From Candidatus Eiseniibacteriota bacterium (GTDB lineage Bacteria; Eisenbacteria; RBG-16-71-46; SZUA-252), in assembly GCA_031397435.1 (NCBI GenBank), contig JANNMC010000404.1, positions 1 to 52,983 of the forward strand: a DNA stretch of 52,983 nucleotides. The letters are read 5' to 3'. Positions 34,239 through 42,923 of the stretch are shown here, in pieces. Numbering within the stretch: position 1 is the stretch's first letter; each line of letters begins with the position of its first letter. Under the pieces are notes generated by a model. The model worked only from the letters and a program-made list of their open reading frames with translations. It had not been told where the DNA came from and ran no database searches. Position numbers and translations under genes: made by a program.

Positions 34239-34798
34239 GCCGTCATCCGGCGCTTGAGTTCCGGCTCCACCTCGCTCAGCGGCCTCCAGACGGCGTCCTT
34301 GGGAGATATCTCGGTGACGGGAAGCGGCCAGCGGAGTCCCAGCCGCTCGTCCGAGTAGAGCAGGCCCCCCTCGGTTCCGGGCGCGTAGAATTCACCCACT
34401 TGGTAACTCGTCTCCGTGACGTCCTCGAGCACCTGGTACCCGTGGGCGAAGCGCTCCGGCACGTAGAGAGCGCGATGATTGTCGGCGCTCAACTCCACCG
34501 CCACGTGCTGCAGATAGGTTGGGCTCTCGGGGCGCAGATCGACGATGATGTCGAGAATGGCTCCCCGCGTGGCGCGAACCAGCTTCGTCTCCGCCGCGGG
34601 GGGGAACTGGAAGTGCATTCCCCGGAGCGTCCCCTTGAGCTTGTTGAAGGCCACATTGGCCTGGGCGATGACCGGCTTTAACCCGTGCGCGACGAACTCG
34701 TGCTGGCAGAAGGAGCGGGCGAAGAACCCCCGGCTATCCTCCCGGAGCTCGAGGTCGAGAATGAACGCCCCCTTCAGCTTGGTTTCGGTGAAGATCAT
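34235..34798 (-). CDS. dTDP-4-dehydrorhamnose 3,5-epimerase family (RmlC-like cupin) sugar epimerase
   Basis: 187 aa. MIFTETKLKGAFILDLELREDSRGFFARSF...LRGMHFQ matches RmlC-type epimerases. AGGAG lies upstream. The substrate may be a CDP-sugar, given the adjacent rfbF. Confidence 0.86.
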   Translation of the reverse strand: MIFTETKLKGAFILDLELREDSRGFFARSFCQHEFVAHGLKPVIAQANVAFNKLKGTLRGMHFQFPPAAETKLVRATRGAILDIIVDLRPESPTYLQHVAVELSADNHRALYVPERFAHGYQVLEDVTETSYQVGEFYAPGTEGGLLYSDERLGLRWPLPVTEISPKDAVWRPLSEVEPELKRRMTA

Positions 34799-34836
34799 GA
34801 GGTCACTCCTGGGGATGCTGGTCTGGAGGGGAAACC

Positions 34837-35517
34837 CTAGAGCACGATTTTCCGGCCGTGAAACGCCTCGGCGTAGCGGCGTGACCGCGACTCAACACCC
34901 CGGAGGCGCATGAGGCCGCGAAGCGTCTCGTCGGTGAACCAGTGCTTGGTTCGTTGCGTGGCGTAGCACGTATTGAGGTAACGGATCTTGCGCGCGCACG
35001 TCGCGGCGTCGATCTCGGCGAAGACGTTCGGAATGCCGAGGTCGCCATCGTACTTTGGAATTTCGTACTCCAAGATCATCGCGTCGCGAAACGTCTGCCA
35101 GGTGATGTCGCTGACGACGCGGTGGTCCTGGTGGCGATCGTCGCGATAGTGGGTGAAGATCAGGTCAGGCGTGGGCTCGCGCTTCAGTTCCTCGAAGACC
35201 TGCTTCATTTCCGCGCCCTGATACGGAAAGTGGCCGTCGGTGAATGCCTCGATCCGAACAGCTCTCTTTCGCGACCCGCGCAGAAAGAGCGCCGCCGCCG
35301 CGGTTGCTTCGCGCGCACGCTCCGGGTTGGAACTGAGGACGACCCAGCGCACCGAGACATCGCGGCGGGCGCGAAGGATCCGGAGGATCGTCCCACCGCA
35401 GCCGATCTCAATGTCGTCGCCATGCGCCCCGAGACATAGAATCGTCGGGTTTCGCGGAAGGCGATCGAGAATACCAAGCGATCTCAATCCCGTGGACCTC
35501 GCCGCCAGAGCTCCCAC
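34837..35517 (-). CDS. PIG-L/LmbE family deacetylase
   Basis: ILCLGAHGDDIEIGCGGTILRI is a PIG-L metal-binding motif, and HYRDDRHQDH follows. An alternative TTG start at 35487 overlaps the rfbF stop (TTGA). Confidence 0.8.
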   Translation of the reverse strand: MGALAARSTGLRSLGILDRLPRNPTILCLGAHGDDIEIGCGGTILRILRARRDVSVRWVVLSSNPERAREATAAAALFLRGSRKRAVRIEAFTDGHFPYQGAEMKQVFEELKREPTPDLIFTHYRDDRHQDHRVVSDITWQTFRDAMILEYEIPKYDGDLGIPNVFAEIDAATCARKIRYLNTCYATQRTKHWFTDETLRGLMRLRGVESRSRRYAEAFHGRKIVL

Positions 35518-36272
35518 GGAGCCTCGCCGCGCAGGTGGAGTTCCTCCAGCGCCTGCTTGTCCTTGAAGGTGTCCATGCTAGCCCAGAAGCCCGTGTGATG
35601 GTATCCGAGGAGCAGTCCGTTCGGAACGAGACGCGGGAAGGCGTGCACGACGAGGTCCTCCCCGTCTTCGTAGTAGTCGAAAACGGACCGGCGCAGAACG
35701 AAGAAGCCGCCGTTGATCAACGGCCCGACCTCGCTGAATGGCCGGATGCTCTCGACGCGGGAGCCCTTGCCGATCTCGACAGCATGGTAGCTGAGGGGAG
35801 GGCGAACGCAGACGACCGCGCCGACGAACGAGCCCGCGTGGAACTTCTCAATCAGGGTCGGCAGGTGGAGGTCGGTCACGCCGTCGCTGTAGTTGGCGAG
35901 AAATACCTCATCGTCCCCGAGGTGCGTGCGAACGGCGCGCAGGCGCTGGCCGATCGTCGAATGCAGTCCCGTCTCGACGAAGGTGACGTGCCAGTCCTCG
36001 ATATCCTGCTGGAGAAGTTTGAGGTCGCGGCCACCCTGAGACAGGACGAAGTCGTTCGATACCGCCTCGCTATAATTGAGGAAGTAGTCCTTGATGGCGG
36101 CCGACTTGTGTCCGAGGCAAAGGATGAAGTCCTTGTGGCCAAAGTGGGAGTAATACTTCATGACGTGCCAGAGGATCGGACGTTGGCCGACCAGGGCCAT
36201 CGGCTTCGGGATGGCGTTGGGGCCGTCCCCCAGTCTCAATCCGAGCCCACCGCAAAACAGTACGACCTTCAT
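35484..36272 (-). CDS. rfbF: glucose-1-phosphate cytidylyltransferase
   Basis: 262 aa. MKVVLFCGGLGLRLGDGPNAIPKPMALVGQRPILWHVMKYYSHFGHKDFILCLGHK is a close match to RfbF-type cytidylyltransferases. Confidence 0.9.
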   Translation of the reverse strand: MKVVLFCGGLGLRLGDGPNAIPKPMALVGQRPILWHVMKYYSHFGHKDFILCLGHKSAAIKDYFLNYSEAVSNDFVLSQGGRDLKLLQQDIEDWHVTFVETGLHSTIGQRLRAVRTHLGDDEVFLANYSDGVTDLHLPTLIEKFHAGSFVGAVVCVRPPLSYHAVEIGKGSRVESIRPFSEVGPLINGGFFVLRRSVFDYYEDGEDLVVHAFPRLVPNGLLLGYHHTGFWASMDTFKDKQALEELHLRGEAPWELWRRGPRD

Positions 36273-36282
36273 CGATCTCTCC

Positions 36283-37350
36283 TCAGCCGGAGGAACGCCC
36301 CGAACCGGTCACGGCTTCGGGGCCTGGTTTCGTGCGGCGAAGTTCCTGGTCCAGTTCGCCACTTGCCTGCAACTCGGTGACGCGCTTGATGCGAAGGTAG
36401 CGTGAGCTGAGGAATTCCTCGCGGGTGAGGCCGTTCCGCTTGTAGGCATCGAGCAGTTCCTCGATGCCCCTACGGACCGTCCACTCCGGCTTGAACTCGG
36501 GGATCATCCGCTGAATCTTGCCACAGTCGACGCGATAATCGCGCTGGTCGGGACCACCGCCTTCGGCGTACTGGACCTCGCTCGTCGGGATAGATTCCCG
36601 GACCATCTCGGCTAGCTCTCGAACGCGGAAATTCTCCTCGTTCCGTCCGACGTTGAATGCCTCGTTGTGGATACGTGAGCGGGACGCCTCCAGGAGCGCC
36701 AGAAAGGCCCGCGAAATGTCCTCGAGATGTACCAGGGGACGCCAGGGCGAGCCGTCGCTCAGGATCAGGATTCGCCCGGTCGTGTAAGCGAATCCGACAA
36801 GGTTGTTCACGACCAGGTCTGCCCGAAGGCGCGGGGAAGACCCGTACGCCGTGGCGTTACGAAGGTAGACGGGGCTAAAGTGGTCGTCCGCGAGTGCCAT
36901 GAGATCGCGCTCGACGAGCACCTTCGACTCGGCGTAGGCCGTGACGGGATTGAATGCCGCGCTTTCGTCCAGCATGGCCTCACCCGCCTTGCCGTAGAGG
37001 CTGCAGGAGGATGACTGGAGAAATCGAGTGACCCCCGCCTCCTTGGACAGCCTGGCGAGCCGCACGGTAGCCCGGTGATTGATGTCGTAGGTGATGCTCG
37101 GGTTCAGATTGGAGAGTGGATCGTTCGAAAGCGCGGCCAGATTGATCACGGCATCGAATCCGCGCAACGCTTCCACCCCGACGTCTCGAAGGTCGACTCG
37201 AATCGATGGAATGTCATCGGGGGCGGGGCCAAACGTGCAGTCGGCGAACAGCGCGCTGTCGAGTCCGACCACCTCGTGCCCGGCGCGCTGGAACAACGGC
37301 GTCAGGACTGAGCCGATATACCCCTGATGTCCCGTTACGAGAACTTTCAT
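36283..37350 (-). CDS. NAD-dependent epimerase/dehydratase (extended SDR)
   Basis: MKVLVTGHQGYIGS (NAD fold) and catalytic YAESK. 355 aa. Not clearly the classical CDP-glucose 4,6-dehydratase RfbG. Confidence 0.82.
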   Translation of the reverse strand: MKVLVTGHQGYIGSVLTPLFQRAGHEVVGLDSALFADCTFGPAPDDIPSIRVDLRDVGVEALRGFDAVINLAALSNDPLSNLNPSITYDINHRATVRLARLSKEAGVTRFLQSSSCSLYGKAGEAMLDESAAFNPVTAYAESKVLVERDLMALADDHFSPVYLRNATAYGSSPRLRADLVVNNLVGFAYTTGRILILSDGSPWRPLVHLEDISRAFLALLEASRSRIHNEAFNVGRNEENFRVRELAEMVRESIPTSEVQYAEGGGPDQRDYRVDCGKIQRMIPEFKPEWTVRRGIEELLDAYKRNGLTREEFLSSRYLRIKRVTELQASGELDQELRRTKPGPEAVTGSGRSSG

Positions 37351-37394
37351 TCAGACGGCCTCGAAGAGTGTGAAAGGGGCAGTCCACTGGAGGC

Positions 37395-38663
37395 TCATGT
37401 CGTGGCAGTACCTGGCAGGTGGGGGTTCGAGGTCGAAGGTGACGCGTTCGCTGGAGTCGATCGCGCCACGCCACCGCACTTCAATTCTACGTCCGCCACG
37501 CCTCCCCCATAGGTCCGCGTCTCGCTGACCGCGAATAGTCCCGCGGGCACCAGATGTGAGATCGGCGAATGGGTCGGATTATCGTAGATGTGCGAGGCGA
37601 TGTGATACTGGCCACGCACCAGGTGGGCGCGGAACGTGAAGTCCACCGTGTAGCACGTGCCAGCCGGGAGCTCATCAATCCCGAGGTCCTCGCTTCGCAG
37701 ATTACCGTCGAATACCTTCAAGCCGTCGGTGGAACGGAAGAGGATGAACCGCATGTGGAAGTCCTTGGTCGGCCTGTGCATCTGATAGCTGACCCGGAGG
37801 GTCATCGTGGCGCCCGGTGCCACGCTGACGGCGGCGTTCGCATGCTCATCGAGCAGTTCCGCTTTCACGATGTCGATCGGGCCGCCGCGGGGGGACACCG
37901 TTTGCTGGGCGGCAGACCGGACGTAGGCGCCGATTGCCTGATTGGCAGGACCAATCTCCCGCACGCTTCCCGCGAGAAAGACCCCTGTGTCGCAAAGCTC
38001 GGCCACGGCTTGCATGTTGTGCGAGACGAAGGCGATGGCCACGCCCTGGTGCTTGAACTGCTTCATCCGCTCAATGCAACGCTCCTGGAACGCCATGTCC
38101 CCCACCGAAAGGACCTCGTCGATCAGGAGGACGTCCGGATTCAGGTGCGCCGCCACCGAAAAACCGAGCCGCGCGTGCATCCCCGACGAGAAGCGTTTCA
38201 CTGGCGTGTCGATGAACTCCGCGACACCAGCAAAGGCCACGATCTCGTCGACCTTCTTCGCGATCTCCGCGGAACGCATCCCCATGATGGATCCCTGGAG
38301 GAAGATGTTCTCCATTCCCGTCAGGTCGGGATGGAATCCAGCCGCGACTTCGATGAGGGCGCCCACCCGGCCACGCACCGTGCAGGTGCCCCGCGTGGGT
38401 CTAAGAATCTTCGTCAGGACCTTCAGCATCGTCGACTTGCCGGCGCCATTGGGCCCGATGATTCCCAGCGCTTCGCCGGGCTTCACCACGAAGTCGATCT
38501 CGCGAAGGGCCCAGAAGTCGCCCTTCTCGAGTTCGGTCGGCTTGGGGCCCCGGCCCACCATGCGCTTCGCCAAGGCGGGGACGAAGTCGCGGAGGCTGTC
38601 GTGAATCGCTCCCCGGTGGAACTTCTTCCAGACATTTGCGACTTCGATGGCGTATCCGCTCAT
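37395..38663 (-). CDS. wzt: polysaccharide/O-antigen ABC exporter ATP-binding protein with C-terminal substrate-binding-type domain
   Basis: Walker A GPNGAGKST, signature FSSGMHARLGF, Walker B LLIDEVLSVGD (TagH/Wzt type). About 170 extra C-terminal residues follow the NBD. Confidence 0.9.
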   Translation of the reverse strand: MSGYAIEVANVWKKFHRGAIHDSLRDFVPALAKRMVGRGPKPTELEKGDFWALREIDFVVKPGEALGIIGPNGAGKSTMLKVLTKILRPTRGTCTVRGRVGALIEVAAGFHPDLTGMENIFLQGSIMGMRSAEIAKKVDEIVAFAGVAEFIDTPVKRFSSGMHARLGFSVAAHLNPDVLLIDEVLSVGDMAFQERCIERMKQFKHQGVAIAFVSHNMQAVAELCDTGVFLAGSVREIGPANQAIGAYVRSAAQQTVSPRGGPIDIVKAELLDEHANAAVSVAPGATMTLRVSYQMHRPTKDFHMRFILFRSTDGLKVFDGNLRSEDLGIDELPAGTCYTVDFTFRAHLVRGQYHIASHIYDNPTHSPISHLVPAGLFAVSETRTYGGGVADVELKCGGVARSTPANASPSTSNPHLPGTATT

Positions 38664-38666
38664 GAA

Positions 38667-39668
38667 CTAGATGCTCTCCGCGAACACAAATTCGAGTCGG
38701 TGGAAGTAGAGTCCCGCGGCAAGGAAGCCGCCAATGCTCCAGATCAATGCGTAGAGCAGATACCAAGGGCTCCAGACGAGGATGCTCTGCCCGGCGACGC
38801 CGAGAGTCGTGAGCGGCTGAAGCAGGTTGTGCTGCTCGACGACGCAAAGCCGTAGCCCCTCGAGGAATGGCGAGACGGGGTTGAGCATCACGAGCACCGA
38901 CCCCTTTGCCCCGAACATGGAGGCTTCGAAGAGCACCGGCGTGAAGAATATCCCGAATGTGAGAAGCACCTGCACAATGTACTTCACGTCGCGGAAGAAG
39001 AGGTTCGCACAGCTCAGAAAAAGACCGACGGCAGTCGTGAACAGAAAGAAGAGAACGGCGAGAACGGGCACCCAAAGGAGCGTCCACGAAAACGGAACCC
39101 CCATGAAGGGGAGCGCCAAAGCCGCCACGGTCGCACCGATCAGGGTGTCGAAGGCCTGAGCGATCGTGGCGGCCAATGGAAACACCTCGCGCGGCAGGTA
39201 GACCTTCGTGACGAGCTGGATGTTGGCGAGAAGGCTGCCCGCCGCAAAACCGATCGCGCCGACGAAGAACGACCAGGGGATTGCCTTCACGGTCACGCTG
39301 GCGATGTCGGAGGATTGGAGCTCCCTCCCCGCAAACGTGGCCATGGCGACCTTGATCAACAGCCCCGCCAGCACGACCAGTGCGGGCATCAGCAGCGCCC
39401 ACCCGAATCCCATGACCGCCTGCTTGTATCGGATGCGGATATCGCGAAGTGTCACCTGGTAGAGCAGATCGCGATAGTCCCAGTAGTCACGCGCAATCGC
39501 GGCGAGATCGCCCAGAGCGGATGTGCGGGGTGAGGCGACGGACGTGGACTCGGATGCCCGGGATGGAGGTCTCATAGGCGGTTCGCCCCACTCGTTTGGG
39601 GATACGCAGGGTTCAGCCACCGCCGAGGACTCACAATGTTTCGTATCGTAATCATGACTTTCTAGCAT
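38667..39668 (-). CDS. wzm: ABC-2 type polysaccharide exporter permease
   Basis: YRDLLYQVTLRDIRIRYKQAVMGFGWALLMP followed by six hydrophobic segments. The start is uncertain (ATG 39668 or ATG 39575). Confidence 0.85.
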   Translation of the reverse strand: MLESHDYDTKHCESSAVAEPCVSPNEWGEPPMRPPSRASESTSVASPRTSALGDLAAIARDYWDYRDLLYQVTLRDIRIRYKQAVMGFGWALLMPALVVLAGLLIKVAMATFAGRELQSSDIASVTVKAIPWSFFVGAIGFAAGSLLANIQLVTKVYLPREVFPLAATIAQAFDTLIGATVAALALPFMGVPFSWTLLWVPVLAVLFFLFTTAVGLFLSCANLFFRDVKYIVQVLLTFGIFFTPVLFEASMFGAKGSVLVMLNPVSPFLEGLRLCVVEQHNLLQPLTTLGVAGQSILVWSPWYLLYALIWSIGGFLAAGLYFHRLEFVFAESI

Positions 39669-39704
39669 AGCAGGTGCGACGCTTGGTGCGAACGCAAAAT
39701 CTGG

Positions 39705-40913
39705 TCATACGCCCATCCGCGGCGCCGGTGAAACCAACCCCGAGAGGATGCCGTCAAGTTGCTCGCCAAGGCGCTCCCAGTGGTGATGACGCTCGACGTA
39801 ACGACGAGCCGCCTGACCGAGCGTGCGCTGCAACGCCGCATCCGCCAGAATGGTGACGCACTCCCGCGCAAGCGTCTCGGGCGTATCTGCCATTCGTACC
39901 CCGTCCGTCTCCCCTGCCCCGAGTCCCTGAAACGCGACACGCGTCCCGACCACCGGAAGTCCCGACGCCATGGCCTCGAGCACCTTGCTCTGCACTCCGC
40001 GAGCGATGCGAAAGGGAGCGACCGCCATTGCCGCCTCGGCGAAGTACGGTCGGACATCGGGGACCGTGCCGGTGACCTCGACGCCCGGAAGGTTTGCCAG
40101 CCGCCTGACGTCGGCGGACGGAGATCTTCCGACGACCACGAATCGCGCCTCGGGCACACGATCGCGTATGAGCGGGAGCACCTCCCGCGCGTAGTAGGAG
40201 GCGGCGTCTACATTGGGGTAGTACCCCATCACTCCGGTGAATACGATTTGCGGCACGCGTGGCGACGGGGGATCCGCGACCGGCCTGAAGTAATCGAGAT
40301 CGACTCCCATCGGAAGCACGCGGAGATCGCGACGAGCGGTCCGGCGCTGCACGATCGCCGCTTCCGCGGAAGAGACGAAGAACGACGCATCAAATTCGGT
40401 GGCCACGCGTCCCTCGTACCGTGCAAGCCGGCCCGCTTCGATCGCGTAGAGGGTCGATTGCGGAAACGGGCGAACGCGGCCATACGCGAGCCACTTCTCC
40501 GAATCAGCGTCCACGAAATCGATCGCGCGTGGGAGGCCGCTTCCCGCTTCCGCGTACTGCGCCATGGCGGAGGAGTAGGCGAAGATAAGGTCGGGCGGGT
40601 TGGCGCGAAGGCGTTCGCCCACCAACCGTCGGAGTTCTCGGGATCCAAAGGCCGCAACCGAAAGCGGTCGCCCCGTGAACAGCGCCGCGAGCGCCAGCAA
40701 CCCCGCCACCCGTGGCGAACGGTAGACGACATCTACCGAGGCGCATCGCTGGAGCAAGAACGCGACGTGCTCCTCGTCCACGCCCTGATCCGCAAGACAG
40801 GCAAGGTGGACTTCGTGCCGCCGCGCGAGCTGCGTGAGGTGATGGTAGGCGCGAATCTTCTCGCCCTTCGTCGGCGGGTAGGGAACGCGTTGACAGAGGA
40901 AGAGGATTCTCAT
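39705..40913 (-). CDS. glycosyltransferase family 4, PEP-CTERM/EpsH1 system-associated sugar transferase type
   Basis: Start trimmed to ATG 40913, which overlaps the upstream stop (ATGA). MRILFLCQRVPYPPTKGEKIRAYHHLTQLARRHEVHL is the N-terminal signature I associate with the named PEP-CTERM-associated sugar transferase family. Confidence 0.86.
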   Translation of the reverse strand: MRILFLCQRVPYPPTKGEKIRAYHHLTQLARRHEVHLACLADQGVDEEHVAFLLQRCASVDVVYRSPRVAGLLALAALFTGRPLSVAAFGSRELRRLVGERLRANPPDLIFAYSSAMAQYAEAGSGLPRAIDFVDADSEKWLAYGRVRPFPQSTLYAIEAGRLARYEGRVATEFDASFFVSSAEAAIVQRRTARRDLRVLPMGVDLDYFRPVADPPSPRVPQIVFTGVMGYYPNVDAASYYAREVLPLIRDRVPEARFVVVGRSPSADVRRLANLPGVEVTGTVPDVRPYFAEAAMAVAPFRIARGVQSKVLEAMASGLPVVGTRVAFQGLGAGETDGVRMADTPETLARECVTILADAALQRTLGQAARRYVERHHHWERLGEQLDGILSGLVSPAPRMGV

Positions 40914-41983
40914 GGAAAGTACCGCACGAGAGCGGGGCCGATCCGCCGGGAGAGCCAGAGCGGGGTCCTCTTCCACATCTCGATCGCGAAGGAGAAGTGC
41001 CGGTTCCGGGGACTCAAGTCCGGCAGCGACCGCTGGCGAACGAGTTGGTACTGATAATGAAGTGGAGTCGCCTCGAAGCCCCAGTGCCGTTTGAAGTCGT
41101 ACGAGCCGCTCTCCCGCTTGCTGCGGCCGAAGTCGAAGACCTTGTAGCCCTGCTCCATTCCGTAGCAGAGCAGGCTCCAGTACATGAAGTCGTTCACCGC
41201 GTACCGGAAGTCCTCCCGTCGCGCTCCCCCGTAGTACGGGAGAACCTGATCACGGTAGAAGAACGTCATGACGGCGGCGGCGGGACGCCCTTCCCTCCGG
41301 ACGACGAGAATCCGGCAGTCGGTTCCAAATGCCTCGAGGAGGTTTTGGAAGAGGCGGCGCGGAAAGACCGGTGTGCCGAGATTTCGGACGCTCTGGGAAT
41401 AGAGATCGAAAAAGGGGTCGAGGAGTTCCTCGCGGCCGACCTCCCACGCCAGATCGTTCTTCATCGCGATGCGGATGCTTCGGCGCTGATTTCGCGGGAT
41501 GGCGGCCATGTTCTCGTCGGCCGTGGGGAGAATCGGTTTCCGGAAGGTCACGTACAGATCCTTGCCGGGAAGATCCGGGAGAGGCGTGGTATTTCGGAAT
41601 TCAACGTAGCGGGCCCCCAATCGCTCCGCCATCTCGCGGGCGCCGCGCACCAGGGCGTCGAGGCTGTCGCTACCGTCGGCGATCGGGCCCCCGTAGACCG
41701 CTTGCGGCGCGGAAACGAGCGCCCGGCCCCAGGGGAGAGTCGGCACCACAAAGAGCGGTAGGATCCCGGCGATCTGCCCCTCGCGCCGGGCCACAACGTG
41801 GCGAGCCTCGTATTTGAAGGTTTGGCGCACGGCCCGCTGCCAGGCGGCCCTGTGGAAGAGTGTCGCGTCGGGATGGCCGTCCGCGAACGCGTCCCATTCC
41901 ACTCCGGGGTCGGCGACGATCTCGACGTCTAGCGTGGGCGCCGGCGCCGCGGATCCGAGCGACGCGGTACCGTCAGCGCTCAA
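40910..41983 (-). CDS. FemAB family protein, PEP-CTERM system-associated
   Basis: ATLFHRAAWQRAVRQTFKYEARHVV, and later FYRDQVLPYYGGARRE...VFDFGRSKRESGSYDFKRHWGFEATPLHYQY. The start is uncertain: TTG 41983 was chosen as the first start codon near the upstream stop, but it has no clear SD. Confidence 0.84.
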   Translation of the reverse strand: MSADGTASLGSAAPAPTLDVEIVADPGVEWDAFADGHPDATLFHRAAWQRAVRQTFKYEARHVVARREGQIAGILPLFVVPTLPWGRALVSAPQAVYGGPIADGSDSLDALVRGAREMAERLGARYVEFRNTTPLPDLPGKDLYVTFRKPILPTADENMAAIPRNQRRSIRIAMKNDLAWEVGREELLDPFFDLYSQSVRNLGTPVFPRRLFQNLLEAFGTDCRILVVRREGRPAAAVMTFFYRDQVLPYYGGARREDFRYAVNDFMYWSLLCYGMEQGYKVFDFGRSKRESGSYDFKRHWGFEATPLHYQYQLVRQRSLPDLSPRNRHFSFAIEMWKRTPLWLSRRIGPALVRYFP

Positions 41984-42920
41984 GGCGGAAGTGCTCGACG
42001 GTTCGCCGAAGGCCCTCCTCGAACCCGATCCCGGGCTGAAAGTCGAACAGGCGCCGCGCCTTGTCGATCGAAGCCTGGGAATGAAGCACATCCCCGGCTC
42101 GCGGCGGAAGGAACGTGGGGTCGGCATTCCGTCCGATGATCTTCCCCAGTTCCGAAAGCAGTTCCAGGAGCGAATAGCGCTCGCCGCAGGCCACGTTCAC
42201 GGCCTCCCCTGCCCCGGTGGGGCATGCGGCCGCGCGGAGGTTGGCGTCGACGACGTTATCGATATACGTGAAATCCCGGCTCTGGGTCCCGTCGCCGAAG
42301 ATGACCGGACGCTCCCCTTTCAGAATCGCGCGAATGAAGAGCGGAATCACGGCCGCATAGGCCGAGTTCGGATCCTGCCGGGGACCGAAGACATTAAAGT
42401 ACCGTAGCGAGATGGTCTCGAGTCCCATGGTTCCCGCGAAGACGCGCGCCATGTGCTCCCCGGCGAGTGTGTTGGCGGCGTACGGCGAGAGAGGCGACGT
42501 CGGCATTTCTTCGTGCTTCGGCAAGGTCGGCGTGTCGCCGTAGACCGAGGAGGAACTGGCGGCGACGACGCGGCGCACACCCGCGTCGCGGGCCGCGGTG
42601 AAGACATTCACCGTCCCCAGGACGTTCACCGCGGTGCTGTCGGCGGGATTCTCGATGGAGCGCTGGACCGAGGCGAGCGCGGCCTGGTGAAAGACGAACT
42701 CGACCCCTTCGCAAGCGCGACGACAAACGTCCCGGTCGCGAATGTCTCCGAGAATTGGCTCGAAGCGCTCCCCGTACGTGCGCTGCAGGAGGTCGAGGTT
42801 TTCCTGGCGGCCGGTCGACAGGTTGTCGAGGACCCGAACGCGATGGCCCTCATCCATGAGACGCGCCGCGACGTGGGATCCAATGAAGCCCGCCCCACCG
42901 GTGACGAGACGTAGACCCAT
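41973..42920 (-). CDS. extended-SDR nucleotide-sugar 4-epimerase (WbpP/TviC-like), atypical YxxxT active-site motif
   Basis: LVTGGAGFIGSHV, DNLSTGRQENL and RYFNVFGPRQDP are typical of UDP-GlcNAc(A) 4-epimerases. The catalytic motif reads SPYAANT instead of SPYxxxK. Confidence 0.85.
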   Translation of the reverse strand: MGLRLVTGGAGFIGSHVAARLMDEGHRVRVLDNLSTGRQENLDLLQRTYGERFEPILGDIRDRDVCRRACEGVEFVFHQAALASVQRSIENPADSTAVNVLGTVNVFTAARDAGVRRVVAASSSSVYGDTPTLPKHEEMPTSPLSPYAANTLAGEHMARVFAGTMGLETISLRYFNVFGPRQDPNSAYAAVIPLFIRAILKGERPVIFGDGTQSRDFTYIDNVVDANLRAAACPTGAGEAVNVACGERYSLLELLSELGKIIGRNADPTFLPPRAGDVLHSQASIDKARRLFDFQPGIGFEEGLRRTVEHFRLER

Positions 42921-42923
42921 GGC

